From contig JAWOEX010000035.1 in NCBI GenBank assembly GCA_046482545.1, positions 173,629 through 237,628 of the forward strand: a stretch of 64,000 bases of DNA, read 5' to 3'. Positions 30,137 through 40,099 of the stretch are shown here, in pieces. The position numbers and the translations under genes were made by a program. Position 1 is the first letter of the stretch. Every line of letters starts with the position of its first letter. The notes under the pieces are model-generated. The model searched no databases, was not told the origin of the DNA, and saw only the letters and a list, made by a program, of their open reading frames with translations. This DNA is from Candidatus Thorarchaeota archaeon. GTDB taxonomy: Archaea > Asgardarchaeota > Thorarchaeia > Thorarchaeales > Thorarchaeaceae.

Positions 30137-30931
30137 CTATTTGCGTTTGAATTCCATTGACCCGTTGTACTTCTCAATTTTCTTCCTGATATTGTCAAGC
30201 ACATCAGAAAGGAGATCTTCGCCTTCTTTGTAGTTGAGGCTCTCTATACGCAACTTGTATCTGGGCGATCCCAAGGTGTAGATTTCCAGTGACAAATTCT
30301 CGTGCCCCTCAGCAACTTGCAGACCCTCTTTTAGGGCTTCCTTTATCACTTCAACACCTCCCGAACCAGGCACCCGTATGCTTACTTCGCCATCAATCTC
30401 AACCGACGGGATTTCAATTCTGTCGGTAGCGAGTTCAACAACTAACTCCTTGATTTTCTTGTTGGCATCTATATCCTTCAGAGCTTCCATTTCCTCTACC
30501 GAGGCCATTTCAAGCCCCTTGTAGATCTCACCATACTGATCTTCCAACGGCCATCCTATCTTTTCATATGTCTCTTCTAGAGACATATCGCTTTGTTCGC
30601 CTACAATTTCTAGGAGCTTCTCGGCTTTCTGAGATCTTTTCCAAGCCTCGTTTTTCGCCCTTTTTGCCTCGTCCGAAACCCGTCTGAGTGAGCAGTCAAT
30701 ATGCCCCTTTCGCTTGTCTACGTCCAGAACTCTAACAACAATGCGCTGATTCTCGTGAATGTGATTGCGGATGTTCCTGACCCACGTGCTACTAACTTCG
30801 GAAATATGTATGAAACCTTCTTTGTCTCCATATTCGGGCAATTCTACATATGCACCGTATGGTGCTACCTTTGTCGCAACGGCTACTGCATATTCGTCTG
30901 GTGCAGGCCATTCAGCACGCTTGAGGACCAT
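30137..30931 (-). CDS. eif2a: Translation initiation factor 2 alpha
   Basis: S1 domain EGFIHISEVSSTWVRNI; L44e-S27e-aIF2a-Nop10 operon. Confidence 0.95.
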   Translation of the reverse strand: MVLKRAEWPAPDEYAVAVATKVAPYGAYVELPEYGDKEGFIHISEVSSTWVRNIRNHIHENQRIVVRVLDVDKRKGHIDCSLRRVSDEAKRAKNEAWKRSQKAEKLLEIVGEQSDMSLEETYEKIGWPLEDQYGEIYKGLEMASVEEMEALKDIDANKKIKELVVELATDRIEIPSVEIDGEVSIRVPGSGGVEVIKEALKEGLQVAEGHENLSLEIYTLGSPRYKLRIESLNYKEGEDLLSDVLDNIRKKIEKYNGSMEFKRK

Positions 30932-30968
30932 GTATCATCATATCTCCATACTGTTCGCTGCCATTCCT

Positions 30969-31166
30969 TCAAGGAAGGACTTCTATTTCTCTTGCGTTGG
31001 GTGTAAGATTTGCTTTGCCTGTACTGGGAGTGGCAAGAACCTTACCACAATTAAGGCATTTCACTTCGGTTGCTGCACTACCGAATATAATCTGCTCTTC
31101 TTCGCAGTCAAGACATTTGACACGCAAGAATCTAGACCGGGGTTGTTGAACGAATTCCTCTGGCAT
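30969..31166 (-). CDS. rps27e: 30S ribosomal protein S27e
   Basis: PRSRFLRVKCLDC...CLNCG. Confidence 0.95.
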   Translation of the reverse strand: MPEEFVQQPRSRFLRVKCLDCEEEQIIFGSAATEVKCLNCGKVLATPSTGKANLTPNAREIEVLP

Positions 31167-31288
31167 TTATGGTTAATCTCCCATTTAACTAATCTCTGAG
31201 GTAGCCTGGAAAGGGAAAAATACCCCTCTGGGGCTTAACTACGGGTTGACATCCGTGATATTATAACTCTATCGAAGCGGAGCGTGTT

Positions 31289-31570
31289 TTATGCGCGGAC
31301 AATTTCGATTTTCTTGAGCCGCATACCTGACTTTTGAATTGTATGACCACATTCTCGGCAGGTATACTTCAACGAAACCTTCTTTGTGGTCTTTGCGAAG
31401 CGCTTCTGAATCGGCTTAGGGAAGGATCCGTACCCCTTCAGCTTCCGCTCCATACGTCTATTCCCTTCGGACATCGGGCTTTCTCGACCTTTTTTGTACT
31501 GAGATATACTGTGCTCTGTGTACTGATTGCATCTCGGACAATATTTGTTCAAAACATTCTTGATTTTCAC
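31289..31570 (-). CDS. rpl44e: 50S ribosomal protein L44e
   Basis: YCPRC..TEH, KGYGSFPKP, AKTTKK, CRECG; likely GTG start at 31570. Confidence 0.95.
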   Translation of the reverse strand: MKIKNVLNKYCPRCNQYTEHSISQYKKGRESPMSEGNRRMERKLKGYGSFPKPIQKRFAKTTKKVSLKYTCRECGHTIQKSGMRLKKIEIVRA

Positions 31571-31657
31571 AGTTTTCAAACTCCGATGCCGTCTATATCT
31601 TCCCTCTTTAGATTGTTTATAACCCTTAGGAAACAATCAGTGAGGTGTGATTCTCTC

Positions 31658-31846
31658 CTAGACTAAAATATGGGAAACGACCATTGCAATTAGGAGTATA
31701 GCCGCGAAAATGACAACAACAGTAGGTCCAACTTTGATTCCTGGTGTTTCATCTTCAAAGAACCGGATAAGACCGGCACCACCAGATGGCATTGGCCCTT
31801 CACCGCTACTTCTACTTCGTCCTCGTTTCTTGCGCTTCTTGGGCAT
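31658..31846 (-). CDS. secG: Preprotein translocase subunit Sec61beta
   Basis: GAGLIRFFEDETPGIKVGP followed by a C-terminal TM. Confidence 0.9.
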   Translation of the reverse strand: MPKKRKKRGRSRSSGEGPMPSGGAGLIRFFEDETPGIKVGPTVVVIFAAILLIAMVVSHILV

Positions 31847-31969
31847 CTATGTTAATCTCCCAATTGAGGCAACATCTAGACGTTTTTAACGTTTTTGACA
31901 AGAGCTGTTAGCAGATGATTGTATACCAGTGAACAGCTCACATTCTCATCATCTACCGAGGTTTAAAGT

Positions 31970-32272
31970 CTACGGGCAAATACAGGGAGACCTATCACAT
32001 TTTGAGCATACACCACTGTATTTCGTATGTAGAGCTTCGGCCAGATCGATATCTAGGAGATTGGCCAGCGAACAAATCCAAGCCAGCACATCTGCCAGCT
32101 CATCCATAACCAAATCCCTCCTCTTCTCCTGTATGATTGCATTGTTCAATTCAGCTAGCTCCTCAAAGGTGCGAAGCAGAGCGTGATTCAAGCCTCGCTT
32201 ACAGTCCCTCTTGAAGTAAATCTGGCGCATCATATCTTGTGCTTCTTCGAGCTCCATCTCAATCCATTCCAA
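31970..32272 (-). CDS. MazG-like nucleotide pyrophosphohydrolase
   Basis: EELAEL, ELADVLAWICSLAN, C-terminal CxxC...CxC. Confidence 0.85.
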   Translation of the reverse strand: MEWIEMELEEAQDMMRQIYFKRDCKRGLNHALLRTFEELAELNNAIIQEKRRDLVMDELADVLAWICSLANLLDIDLAEALHTKYSGVCSKCDRSPCICP

Positions 32273-32311
32273 ATGGCTGTATTCGGGAGGTTCAACTGTC
32301 TGCTGAATTGG

Positions 32312-33649
32312 TTATTTGAATCGGATGTACTTGTAGGCGTCTGTATCTGTGTCAAAGGCATAGTGTACCTTCTGATACTCTTCTCTGAACGCTCCAACTT
32401 CCTTGGAGATTTTATCAGTATCTTCATCTTTGACTACGACACGGTGAATGAAGTCGGCTATCGCATCCATCTCGGATTCTTCCATTCCTAATCGAGTTAC
32501 CTCGCTGGTTCCTAACCGGATTCCACCAGGCTTTCTATAGTCTCGGCCCATCTTCTTGTCCCAAGGCAGTAAGTTCCGGTTGATTATGATGTTGGATTTC
32601 TCCAGCTCTTCCTCAACTTTTCTGCCGTTCTTCATTGGTGTATCTGCTACGTCAACAAGGATTGTGTGAGACTCGGTGAAACCTTTATGCTCCGCAACAA
32701 CATTCAGTCCGCGCTCATAGAGCGACTGTGCCAATGCCTGCGCATTGTCAATAATCTGTCCCGAATACTCCTTTCCAAACTCTGCCATCTCTGCTAGTAC
32801 TACTGCTAAACCGGCTACATTGTGCAGGTGATGATTACTCATCATACCCGGAAATGCAGCCCGCTTTATCGCATCACTGAACTCTTCTTTGGACAGGACC
32901 ATCCCATGCTGTGGTCCTGGGAGAGTCTTGTGAGTAGAAGCTGTCATAATATCTGCCCCTTCTCTTAGCGGATTTTGGAACCGACCCGCAGCGATAAGAC
33001 CCGACACATGAGCTGAGTCATAGCCGATGTGCATATCGAATTCCTTTGCAACCTCTCTAAATTCCTCTACAGGGTGAGGGAACGGAAAGACACTGCCGCC
33101 AAACAACAGGAACTCGATTGGTTTTCCTGAGTCCTCAACTCTACGGATTTTATCGATGCTTGCATCAACGTCTATATTGAATTCCTCTTCATCGAAGACA
33201 TAGGTCTGAACTTTGTGTCCTCTGATTGCTCCTGCAGTTCCGCCGAGGCTTCGCCTAGCGTGTGAGATGTGCCCGCCATGAGCTATGGAAAGGGCCATCA
33301 TCCGTTGCTTGGGTTTCATCATGGATGTGTACATCATCAGGTTCGCAACTACACCTGATATTGCTCTGACATCCGCAAATTCTGCATCGTAGAGGTCTTT
33401 TGCCAACTCTATACAGGTCAATTCGACTTCATCAATATATTTGCAGCCCGCATACACTCGTTCACCAGGCCATCCTTCTGCATACCGATCCCGAAAATCG
33501 CACATGATGGCTGACCTGACTGCCGGTGAGGATACATTCTCCGATGCAATCAGATTTATGGTGTTGCTCATCCAATTCTCATGCTTCTCTATCAGATTGA
33601 ATATCTTTTCATACTGCTCCTTTGGTTTTGTCAAGATGCGCACTCCCAA
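32312..33649 (-). CDS. glyA: Serine hydroxymethyltransferase
   Basis: LIASEN, YAEG, GGHISH, STHKTLPGP. Confidence 0.95.
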   Translation of the reverse strand: MGVRILTKPKEQYEKIFNLIEKHENWMSNTINLIASENVSSPAVRSAIMCDFRDRYAEGWPGERVYAGCKYIDEVELTCIELAKDLYDAEFADVRAISGVVANLMMYTSMMKPKQRMMALSIAHGGHISHARRSLGGTAGAIRGHKVQTYVFDEEEFNIDVDASIDKIRRVEDSGKPIEFLLFGGSVFPFPHPVEEFREVAKEFDMHIGYDSAHVSGLIAAGRFQNPLREGADIMTASTHKTLPGPQHGMVLSKEEFSDAIKRAAFPGMMSNHHLHNVAGLAVVLAEMAEFGKEYSGQIIDNAQALAQSLYERGLNVVAEHKGFTESHTILVDVADTPMKNGRKVEEELEKSNIIINRNLLPWDKKMGRDYRKPGGIRLGTSEVTRLGMEESEMDAIADFIHRVVVKDEDTDKISKEVGAFREEYQKVHYAFDTDTDAYKYIRFK

Positions 33650-33876
33650 TATTGAGGCTATATTCCAGTAACAGGGCCTCAGTTATATGACTTATGACTC
33701 ACTTATTTCCCACTTTACTGGTTCTGTGGAGAAAGCAGGCGGAATTGTTGTGAGAAGATGAAATGAGCTGTCAATTCGCTATTCAAACGCACGGATCCTG
33801 ACAATCAGGAACAATAATATGAATCACTCCGATATGTTGGTATGACTTTTTACACAGAGCCCACTTTACCACAATC

Positions 33877-33886
33877 TCTATAAATT
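33877..33886 (+). promoter_or_regulatory. Probable TATA box of tRNA-Lys
   Basis: CTATAAA about 30 nt upstream of the tRNA 5' end. Confidence 0.45.
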
Positions 33887-33910
33887 GATAGCAACCATCC
33901 ACAAAAACGT

Positions 33911-34083
33911 GGGCCAGTGGCTAAGCCAGGTATAGTGTCAGATTTCATCTGATGCACCTAGAGCGACAGGCTCTTATGCTGCGGGTATCCCGGTATCGGG
34001 TTCGCGGCAGAGACACTTGTTGGTCAGGGGTTCTTGGCTTTTGATTTCCAAAGGCCAGCCCAAAAATCCCCTCTGGCCCGCCA
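33911..34083 (+). tRNA. tRNA-Lys(CTT) with three introns (33934-33961, 33977-34014, 34034-34063)
   Basis: Acceptor GGGCCAG/CTGGCCC-G-CCA; removing three BHB-flanked inserts (28, 38 and 30 nt) gives a 77-nt cloverleaf. Confidence 0.88.
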
Positions 34084-34219
34084 TTCTTAAAATAGGATTC
34101 TCATAACCTTCCTTCTAATACCAAATCATTTCAAGAAGATTTTATCGTCATTGATACGTGCTCTTATGAGAATGGTAATGCACAATCAGATGTAGTAGAA
34201 ACACGTCATCAAATATCTG

Positions 34220-35752
34220 TCACTCTTTGTATCTGTGCAGCTTTATCACGTACTTGTTCCTGCCCATATCATCGTTCCTAGAATACTCGATACTACTGCG
34301 ATATCTTTCTAGCAGAAGTCGCACGCTGAATAGATTAAGATTGAGGGTTGTAATCTCGGGGACATCAGTGCTCAGCAGTTGGTCAAGTTCAGAATCCGTA
34401 GGTCTGGATCCGTCCGTCACAATTTGGACCTCGACTTGGTTGTCTACAGACGTGGTATCGACAGAGATGAGTATCTCCCCGTCTCGTGAGAGTATCTCGT
34501 TGACGAATAGGTTGGTGAGCAGGATGTCCAGTTTGTTGTCAGCCAGCACCAGCAGACTATCATCAATCTCACTGATTTCGAATCTGAACTTGGCTCCCTT
34601 GAGCATCTGTTCCACAGTCTGTTGAGCTCTCTCTATTGCGGTCTTGAGCTTATAGGGGACAAGCTTCTTTTCACCAATGGACTTTATCTCTGAGAGGGTT
34701 GCCACCTGCCTGTTGAAGAAGGTTGACTCCTTGCTCAGTTTCATTGCTGTCTCGATGGCTCGCTTGTAAGCGTCGTCCACTGGTTCTTCGAGGGTTAAGA
34801 TTTCCAAGCATGAAACAATTCCCTGAAGGAGGTTTCCCATCTTGTGCACCCACATTGAGAGGTAAAGGTCACTCTCTTTCCGGGCGGTCTCAAGTTCCTT
34901 TGTCCTCCTCTCAACAAGGGACTCAAGACCGCGGTGTGGCTCAATAATGGCAGTGAATATCATCGCAATGCTCAGGATGATGAACCCCGCTATCACTCCA
35001 CCAATCCATAAGAACTCGGCTACTTGATAGGGGTCTTCAAGGAGGCTATAGACAACGAAAGTGTATAGCCAGAAAACCAGAGCTAGTGTTGAACCCAGCA
35101 CTATCCTATCGCGAGCATTGAACCATTCCTTAGTATATCGTACCAAGGACAGTACTGCAGTGCTACCTACCACGATTGTCAGTAACCATCCAACAGGTGT
35201 GAGTCCTGCCAGGCCACCAGTTGGATCAGTCACCTTGAAGAGGGGATCTTTAGTCAGTATTAACGATATTGAGAACAAGGGCTGAAGTACCAAACCCCAG
35301 AGTATGACAAAGCTCCTGTTCCTCGTTGTCAGTTCTTTTCCACCAAAGACCGACCCCGCAAGCACACCAGGCGTGAGTAGGAACCCAAGAGCTGTGACTA
35401 CTGTCCTGTTGCGATCACGGCCTGCAAGTGGTGAGCCCAGAGCGCTAGGATGAGTTACCAAAAACAAGAACGAGAATACGACAACATTTGCCCCCAGAAA
35501 CATGATTATCAGGCTTCTTAGGTTTGGCAACTGAGCATAGTGAACAAGCGAGTAGATGAAGACGACACCCGCGGACATGGCCAAGAAAGCCATTAAGAAC
35601 GCAATCCTGAAGAAGGCTCTCTCATCAGAAACACTATTCCACGCAGCGCCTGTCACGAGGAAAGAACATAGGATGGAGAACATGACAATGAACAGCACCA
35701 AGAGCATGTAGTCGTAGTACTTACTCTTCACCGTGGCACTCAAAGATGTCAC
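34220..35752 (-). CDS. Multi-TM sensor histidine kinase-like protein with degenerate HATPase
   Basis: About 8 TMs, coiled coil LVERRTKEL, H-box WVHKMGNLLQ; G-boxes lost. Confidence 0.65.
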   Translation of the reverse strand: MTSLSATVKSKYYDYMLLVLFIVMFSILCSFLVTGAAWNSVSDERAFFRIAFLMAFLAMSAGVVFIYSLVHYAQLPNLRSLIIMFLGANVVVFSFLFLVTHPSALGSPLAGRDRNRTVVTALGFLLTPGVLAGSVFGGKELTTRNRSFVILWGLVLQPLFSISLILTKDPLFKVTDPTGGLAGLTPVGWLLTIVVGSTAVLSLVRYTKEWFNARDRIVLGSTLALVFWLYTFVVYSLLEDPYQVAEFLWIGGVIAGFIILSIAMIFTAIIEPHRGLESLVERRTKELETARKESDLYLSMWVHKMGNLLQGIVSCLEILTLEEPVDDAYKRAIETAMKLSKESTFFNRQVATLSEIKSIGEKKLVPYKLKTAIERAQQTVEQMLKGAKFRFEISEIDDSLLVLADNKLDILLTNLFVNEILSRDGEILISVDTTSVDNQVEVQIVTDGSRPTDSELDQLLSTDVPEITTLNLNLFSVRLLLERYRSSIEYSRNDDMGRNKYVIKLHRYKE

Positions 35753-35835
35753 ATCTAATCTGGACTAGAGAACATATTACCCCGAGCTATAAAGCGCTTC
35801 CTCGTTGTTCGTATGAAGCATTCGACACACACAAT

Positions 35836-36012
35836 CTACTGAAAGCCCCATTCCTGTTTTTCTTCATAGGTCAGAATCATAGCATCATCTGTCGTGGTTT
35901 CATACAGTCCTATGAGCATACGCATGATTCTCTCAGGCGAGCCTAGTATTCCAAAGTCATTGCCGAAAGAGACAGACATTGTCAAGAGATTCCCTTGACG
36001 AGAGAAAAACAT
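35836..36012 (-). pseudogene. Possible SAM-methyltransferase gene remnant (58 aa)
   Basis: Hand translation ...SFGNDFGILGSPERIMRMLIGLYETTTDDAMIL... Confidence 0.25.
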
Positions 36013-36183
36013 GGCTCAAAGCGGCTGAAAACATCAAGTTTGAGACTCAGGGTGTCTTGGAGAAGCAAGAATCATAATGAATTCAAAGGCAAATGAAAGA
36101 CCTTTTCTAGTGTTAGAATATTAGAATCCCAAGGTTTACCGGTCTAGTGGCATGATACAGAGTCTCTAAGGAGCAAAATCAAA

Positions 36184-36939
36184 ATGCAACTGCCGACGGA
36201 TCCGATAGCACTTGGAGCCATAGCCAGCTTACTCGCAGGTACCGCCACTGGATTGGGAGCAATTCCTGTGCTACTGGGCGGAAATTTTGGGCGGAGGACA
36301 CTGGACATTATGCTCGGCTTTGCAGGCGGTGTTATGCTGGCAGCGTCAGCCTTCAGTCTCCTGATACCCGCCCTTGATCTGAGTGGAGCATGGATTACTG
36401 CTTTCGGGTTTGCCTTGGGTGGTATCTTTGTGCATGTTGCTGACAAATATATCCCTCATGAACACGAGGTAAAAGGTCATGAAGGGCCACCAACGAATCT
36501 TTCACGCATCTGGTTAATCGTTCTTGCGATAACAATCCACAACTTTCCCGAAGGCTTGGCAGTGGGTGTAGCTTTTGGAACTGGAGACACCGGTGCCGGC
36601 CTAACTATAGCTTTAGCTATAGGTCTTCAAAACATCCCTGAAGGGCTTGCCGTTGCCATGCCCTTGGTACGAGAAGGCTATTCTAGAGGAAGAGCAGCAG
36701 GTTACGCTTTGCTCTCAGGACTGGTAGAACCAATTGGAGGTATACTTGGTGTTTTTGTGGTATCCTTCTCGCGTTTCTTACTCCCGTACGGATTGGCCTT
36801 TGCTGCTGGTGCTATGGTATTCATAGTGTCTGATGAAATGGTGCCAGAAAGTCATTCGGGCGGCTTTGCCCGAGCTGCAACAGCTGGGCTGATGCTGGGC
36901 TTCATAGTGATGATGATTCTCGATACAAGCCTTGGATAG
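36184..36939 (+). CDS. ZIP family metal transporter (ZupT/GufA)
   Basis: HNFPEGLAVG, LQNIPEG, PHEHE. Confidence 0.92.
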   Translation: MQLPTDPIALGAIASLLAGTATGLGAIPVLLGGNFGRRTLDIMLGFAGGVMLAASAFSLLIPALDLSGAWITAFGFALGGIFVHVADKYIPHEHEVKGHEGPPTNLSRIWLIVLAITIHNFPEGLAVGVAFGTGDTGAGLTIALAIGLQNIPEGLAVAMPLVREGYSRGRAAGYALLSGLVEPIGGILGVFVVSFSRFLLPYGLAFAAGAMVFIVSDEMVPESHSGGFARAATAGLMLGFIVMMILDTSLG

Positions 36940-36957
36940 GTTCATGAAAAGAGAGGT

Positions 36958-37034
36958 TGGCGCCGCCGCCAGGAATCGAACCTGGGGCCAACAACTTAAC
37001 AGGCTGTCGCTCTACCGGACTGAGCCACGGCGGC
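36958..37034 (-). tRNA. tRNA-Asn(GTT), intronless
   Basis: GCCGCCG...CTGTTAA...TTCGATT...CGGCGGC-G-CCA. Confidence 0.95.
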
Positions 37035-37141
37035 ACTATTCATTTCGAGGCTGGGAGGAAATGCAATATTAAGATTGTTGTCCGGAAACTTCCGAATCCG
37101 CGCAGCCTCTTCTTGACAGCCGCACTTCGCTACTTTTCTAC

Positions 37142-37708
37142 TCACACCATTGCACCATCGTTTTTCTCAAACGAAAGAGTAGATTTCTTCAAAGTATTCC
37201 AATCAGTCTTGTAGAGAACTATTTTCACAGTAGATCCATCTACCTCCATTTCAATAAAACTGGCTTCTTGTCGGCCGGTTGATACACCCGTAGCACCTGA
37301 TAGTGTCCCGGGGTTTAGAATCAATCGCCCCTCATAGAGCTTGACTTGTGCTTCATGAGTGTGGCCATGGATGGCTATATCGCACCCGACATTATCTAGG
37401 ATGTCTCGGATTTGCTCAATACTGCCACGTGGTCGTAATTGTGTACCGTGGAGAAGCAATATTTCCAAATCACCGATATTGATTTCTTCATGGAAATTAT
37501 GATCATATGAGTAGTCCATATTTCCCCGTACTATGCAACATCGAGGAAGGATGGGCAGAGATTCTCGCATTGCATGTTCTTCTACCAAGTCGCCAGTTAT
37601 CAATGCCAAGTCATAATGTCTATCCTCAATAATCGAGTAGAAAGCATCCGGAATGGAATCTCTGCGAGTAGGAATGTGTGTATCGCCAAAAACTAGAATT
37701 TTCATCAT
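37142..37708 (-). CDS. YfcE/MJ0936/Vps29-family metallophosphoesterase
   Basis: GDTHIPTR, TGDL, VRGNMD, HG, GHTH, NPGTLSGA. Confidence 0.85.
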   Translation of the reverse strand: MMKILVFGDTHIPTRRDSIPDAFYSIIEDRHYDLALITGDLVEEHAMRESLPILPRCCIVRGNMDYSYDHNFHEEINIGDLEILLLHGTQLRPRGSIEQIRDILDNVGCDIAIHGHTHEAQVKLYEGRLILNPGTLSGATGVSTGRQEASFIEMEVDGSTVKIVLYKTDWNTLKKSTLSFEKNDGAMV

Positions 37709-37717
37709 GAAGACCGC

Positions 37718-39952
37718 TCATATCTCTTCATGGCGAGATTTATTCAGGTTATCAAGAATTTTAGAATACACACGCTTCTTGTCCCCCTTGGCTAACTTTG
37801 CTAGGCGTTCCACAATCAGCTCGGGGGTGCTCCTAGCCAAGTACCCAAAACGTGGACTTCTGTCAACAATCAAATCGAGATTCTTGTCAAGTCCTCTGGC
37901 TTCTATTCCATCGATTCTGATGTCAACAATGGAGACTTCCTTGATTTCACTTGCAAGATGGCTGCAGATGACCGTTGCGCTGTTCGGGTCCTGCTGTAGG
38001 ATTTCGAGCAAACCCGCAATTACATTCGCAGCACTTCCTGGTTCAGTCATCGCTTCAACTTCATCAAACAGAGCAAGCTTTGGCTTATTGGAAGTGACAA
38101 TCTCAGCAAATTGCTCCAACATTGTCTCAAATGCACCTGCGCTAACCATTCCTCGACTCTTATAGAAGAAATAGACTTCCTCAAACACTTGAACATACGA
38201 TTCTCTAGCAGGTACCGGAAAGCCAGCTTGGGCCATTGTTACTATCTGTGCAATAGTCTGAATTGTTGTGGTTTTACCACCGCTGTTAGCACCTGACAAT
38301 ACCGCGCAGTTCTCTCCATCAGTCCCTACAGGTTTGAATGGATTCTCTCCGATGGAATAGTCTATCGGCTGAACTTCACCATGTTTTCCTTTGAGCCTGC
38401 TTCGTGTTAGGAAGAGATTAGTCGCGTCCTTGATTCCTACACCGTGGTAATGTGCGGATACATCTGGAGTATGAAGACCATAATCCCGGGCAAAGAGACC
38501 TACGGCTAGGAACAAATCGAATTCAAGCAAGGTCTGAACAGCTTGTTTCACTGCGTCTCGAAGGCCTTCCAATTCATTCGCCAGTTCACTCATGAACTCA
38601 AAACTCAGTTCTGCATAGACAGATCTAATCTTATCCTCCAAGTCGTTTATTCGCGCCGAGACCATATTCACCGGGAGCGATATCTCTTCGCTAACAATTC
38701 CTGCGACCCAATCTGCTTCTCGTAAATCCAATCCAAGGAATTCGAGTAATCGATCTTCTGCTTCTTGCGTTACAGTAGAGAATATTTCAACAATCTCTGG
38801 GGGAAGCATGCTTCGCATAGCGTTACTTTCAGCTCCTTCCATATCGGCGGATTGAAGAATGCTGATTATTTGTTGCCCCCCAAGGGTAACCTCGCTTTCG
38901 GATATGCGGCGCTCTATCTCCTCGTTTGTCCACGCTTCAGTTTCAGCTATCGCAGTTTGGAAATTATTCACTGCATGGGCATATCGGTCAAGCTCATCGT
39001 CAATCCCCTGAGCAATAGACCCATCTTCGTTAAGTTTCTCAAGAAGGGCACCAACTCTGTTGAGGCTCTCAGCGTCGATGGCTTCAGAAAACTGTTTCAT
39101 AGCTTCATTATCTGGAAGATTTGAGAAAATATCCGCAAGTTCGCTTGCAGCACGGATAACATGATAATTCCTAGTATAGAACCCAACTGTTTGCTCTGGA
39201 AGAATCTGATCGATGGACCAGTTTTCTCCTAACAACTCGACATTCTGAAGCATATCCATCGAATCGTCATAAAAACCGGATGTTGATATGTAGAAAACCA
39301 AATCATACCCCTGTGCATAATCCAGTGCTCTCTCCCCTTCCGAAAGAACATAGACTGGACACCACTTGTCGACTCCTTGGTTGACCAGTTCGTCAAATAC
39401 CTCTTCGTCAGTAGTGAGTACAACTCGCCCTTCGAGCCGTTTCGGTCTTACACGATGAAGTAAACCTCTAATGTTCTTCAGGTTCTGCTGTAGAATTTGA
39501 CAATCATCATTCTTCAATGCATGAACCATTTCCATTGCGTTGCCGAAATAGCGTTGTCGTTCACGAATAGTATCGATTTTATCTGGCGGCAATGGGAAAT
39601 AGAGATATAGTTTGTCTTTGGCATAGGTAGTATTGGCATAGTTTTGAATTATTTCAATAACTGCTTCGAAAATATCCTGAACATCAGAAGTTCGAAGTAT
39701 GCTTTTCGAGCTTGTGCCGAATTGTTGTTCAAAGGCGCCTTTCACAATATTTACTGCTTGCCTTGAACCAATCTGTGGTACTGAAGCAACTAGGTCAACG
39801 CGCGAATCTAGTATCACTTTCAGAGCTACTTTTTCACTGCCAAAGTACTCCGTAAGAACCCGCCTGTATTTAGGCCCTATTCCAGGAATATCGGATAATT
39901 TGGTTATACTCGCAGCGTTCTCCTCTGAAGACATGATATCATTGATGGTCAT
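37718..39952 (-). CDS. Archaeal MutS-family ATPase with N-terminal HhH (MutS5-like)
   Basis: IPGIGP HhH; SGANSGGKT; SAGAFE; FDEVE. Confidence 0.85.
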   Translation of the reverse strand: MTINDIMSSEENAASITKLSDIPGIGPKYRRVLTEYFGSEKVALKVILDSRVDLVASVPQIGSRQAVNIVKGAFEQQFGTSSKSILRTSDVQDIFEAVIEIIQNYANTTYAKDKLYLYFPLPPDKIDTIRERQRYFGNAMEMVHALKNDDCQILQQNLKNIRGLLHRVRPKRLEGRVVLTTDEEVFDELVNQGVDKWCPVYVLSEGERALDYAQGYDLVFYISTSGFYDDSMDMLQNVELLGENWSIDQILPEQTVGFYTRNYHVIRAASELADIFSNLPDNEAMKQFSEAIDAESLNRVGALLEKLNEDGSIAQGIDDELDRYAHAVNNFQTAIAETEAWTNEEIERRISESEVTLGGQQIISILQSADMEGAESNAMRSMLPPEIVEIFSTVTQEAEDRLLEFLGLDLREADWVAGIVSEEISLPVNMVSARINDLEDKIRSVYAELSFEFMSELANELEGLRDAVKQAVQTLLEFDLFLAVGLFARDYGLHTPDVSAHYHGVGIKDATNLFLTRSRLKGKHGEVQPIDYSIGENPFKPVGTDGENCAVLSGANSGGKTTTIQTIAQIVTMAQAGFPVPARESYVQVFEEVYFFYKSRGMVSAGAFETMLEQFAEIVTSNKPKLALFDEVEAMTEPGSAANVIAGLLEILQQDPNSATVICSHLASEIKEVSIVDIRIDGIEARGLDKNLDLIVDRSPRFGYLARSTPELIVERLAKLAKGDKKRVYSKILDNLNKSRHEEI

Positions 39953-40099
39953 TGGAATATTCCTCGAAAGGGTATCTCTTAAACACGTTGACTGATGGAT
40001 GAATCCATGTCAAGGAAAACAACTAGTTGACAGATTAGTGTTGTCTCCTCTTTCCCTGACTTTGATTGCAAATTATTCTCTATAGATTTGACTGGACTT

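Noticed and set aside
31200-31270. Hairpins between rpl44e and rps27e as a regulatory RNA
   Set aside because: Short stems only; cannot be distinguished from chance without conservation data
36957-37214. ORF MAPPPGIEPG...
   Set aside because: Antisense translation of tRNA-Asn
39960-40090. Possible C/D box sRNA
   Set aside because: No proper RUGAUGA box C; evidence too weak
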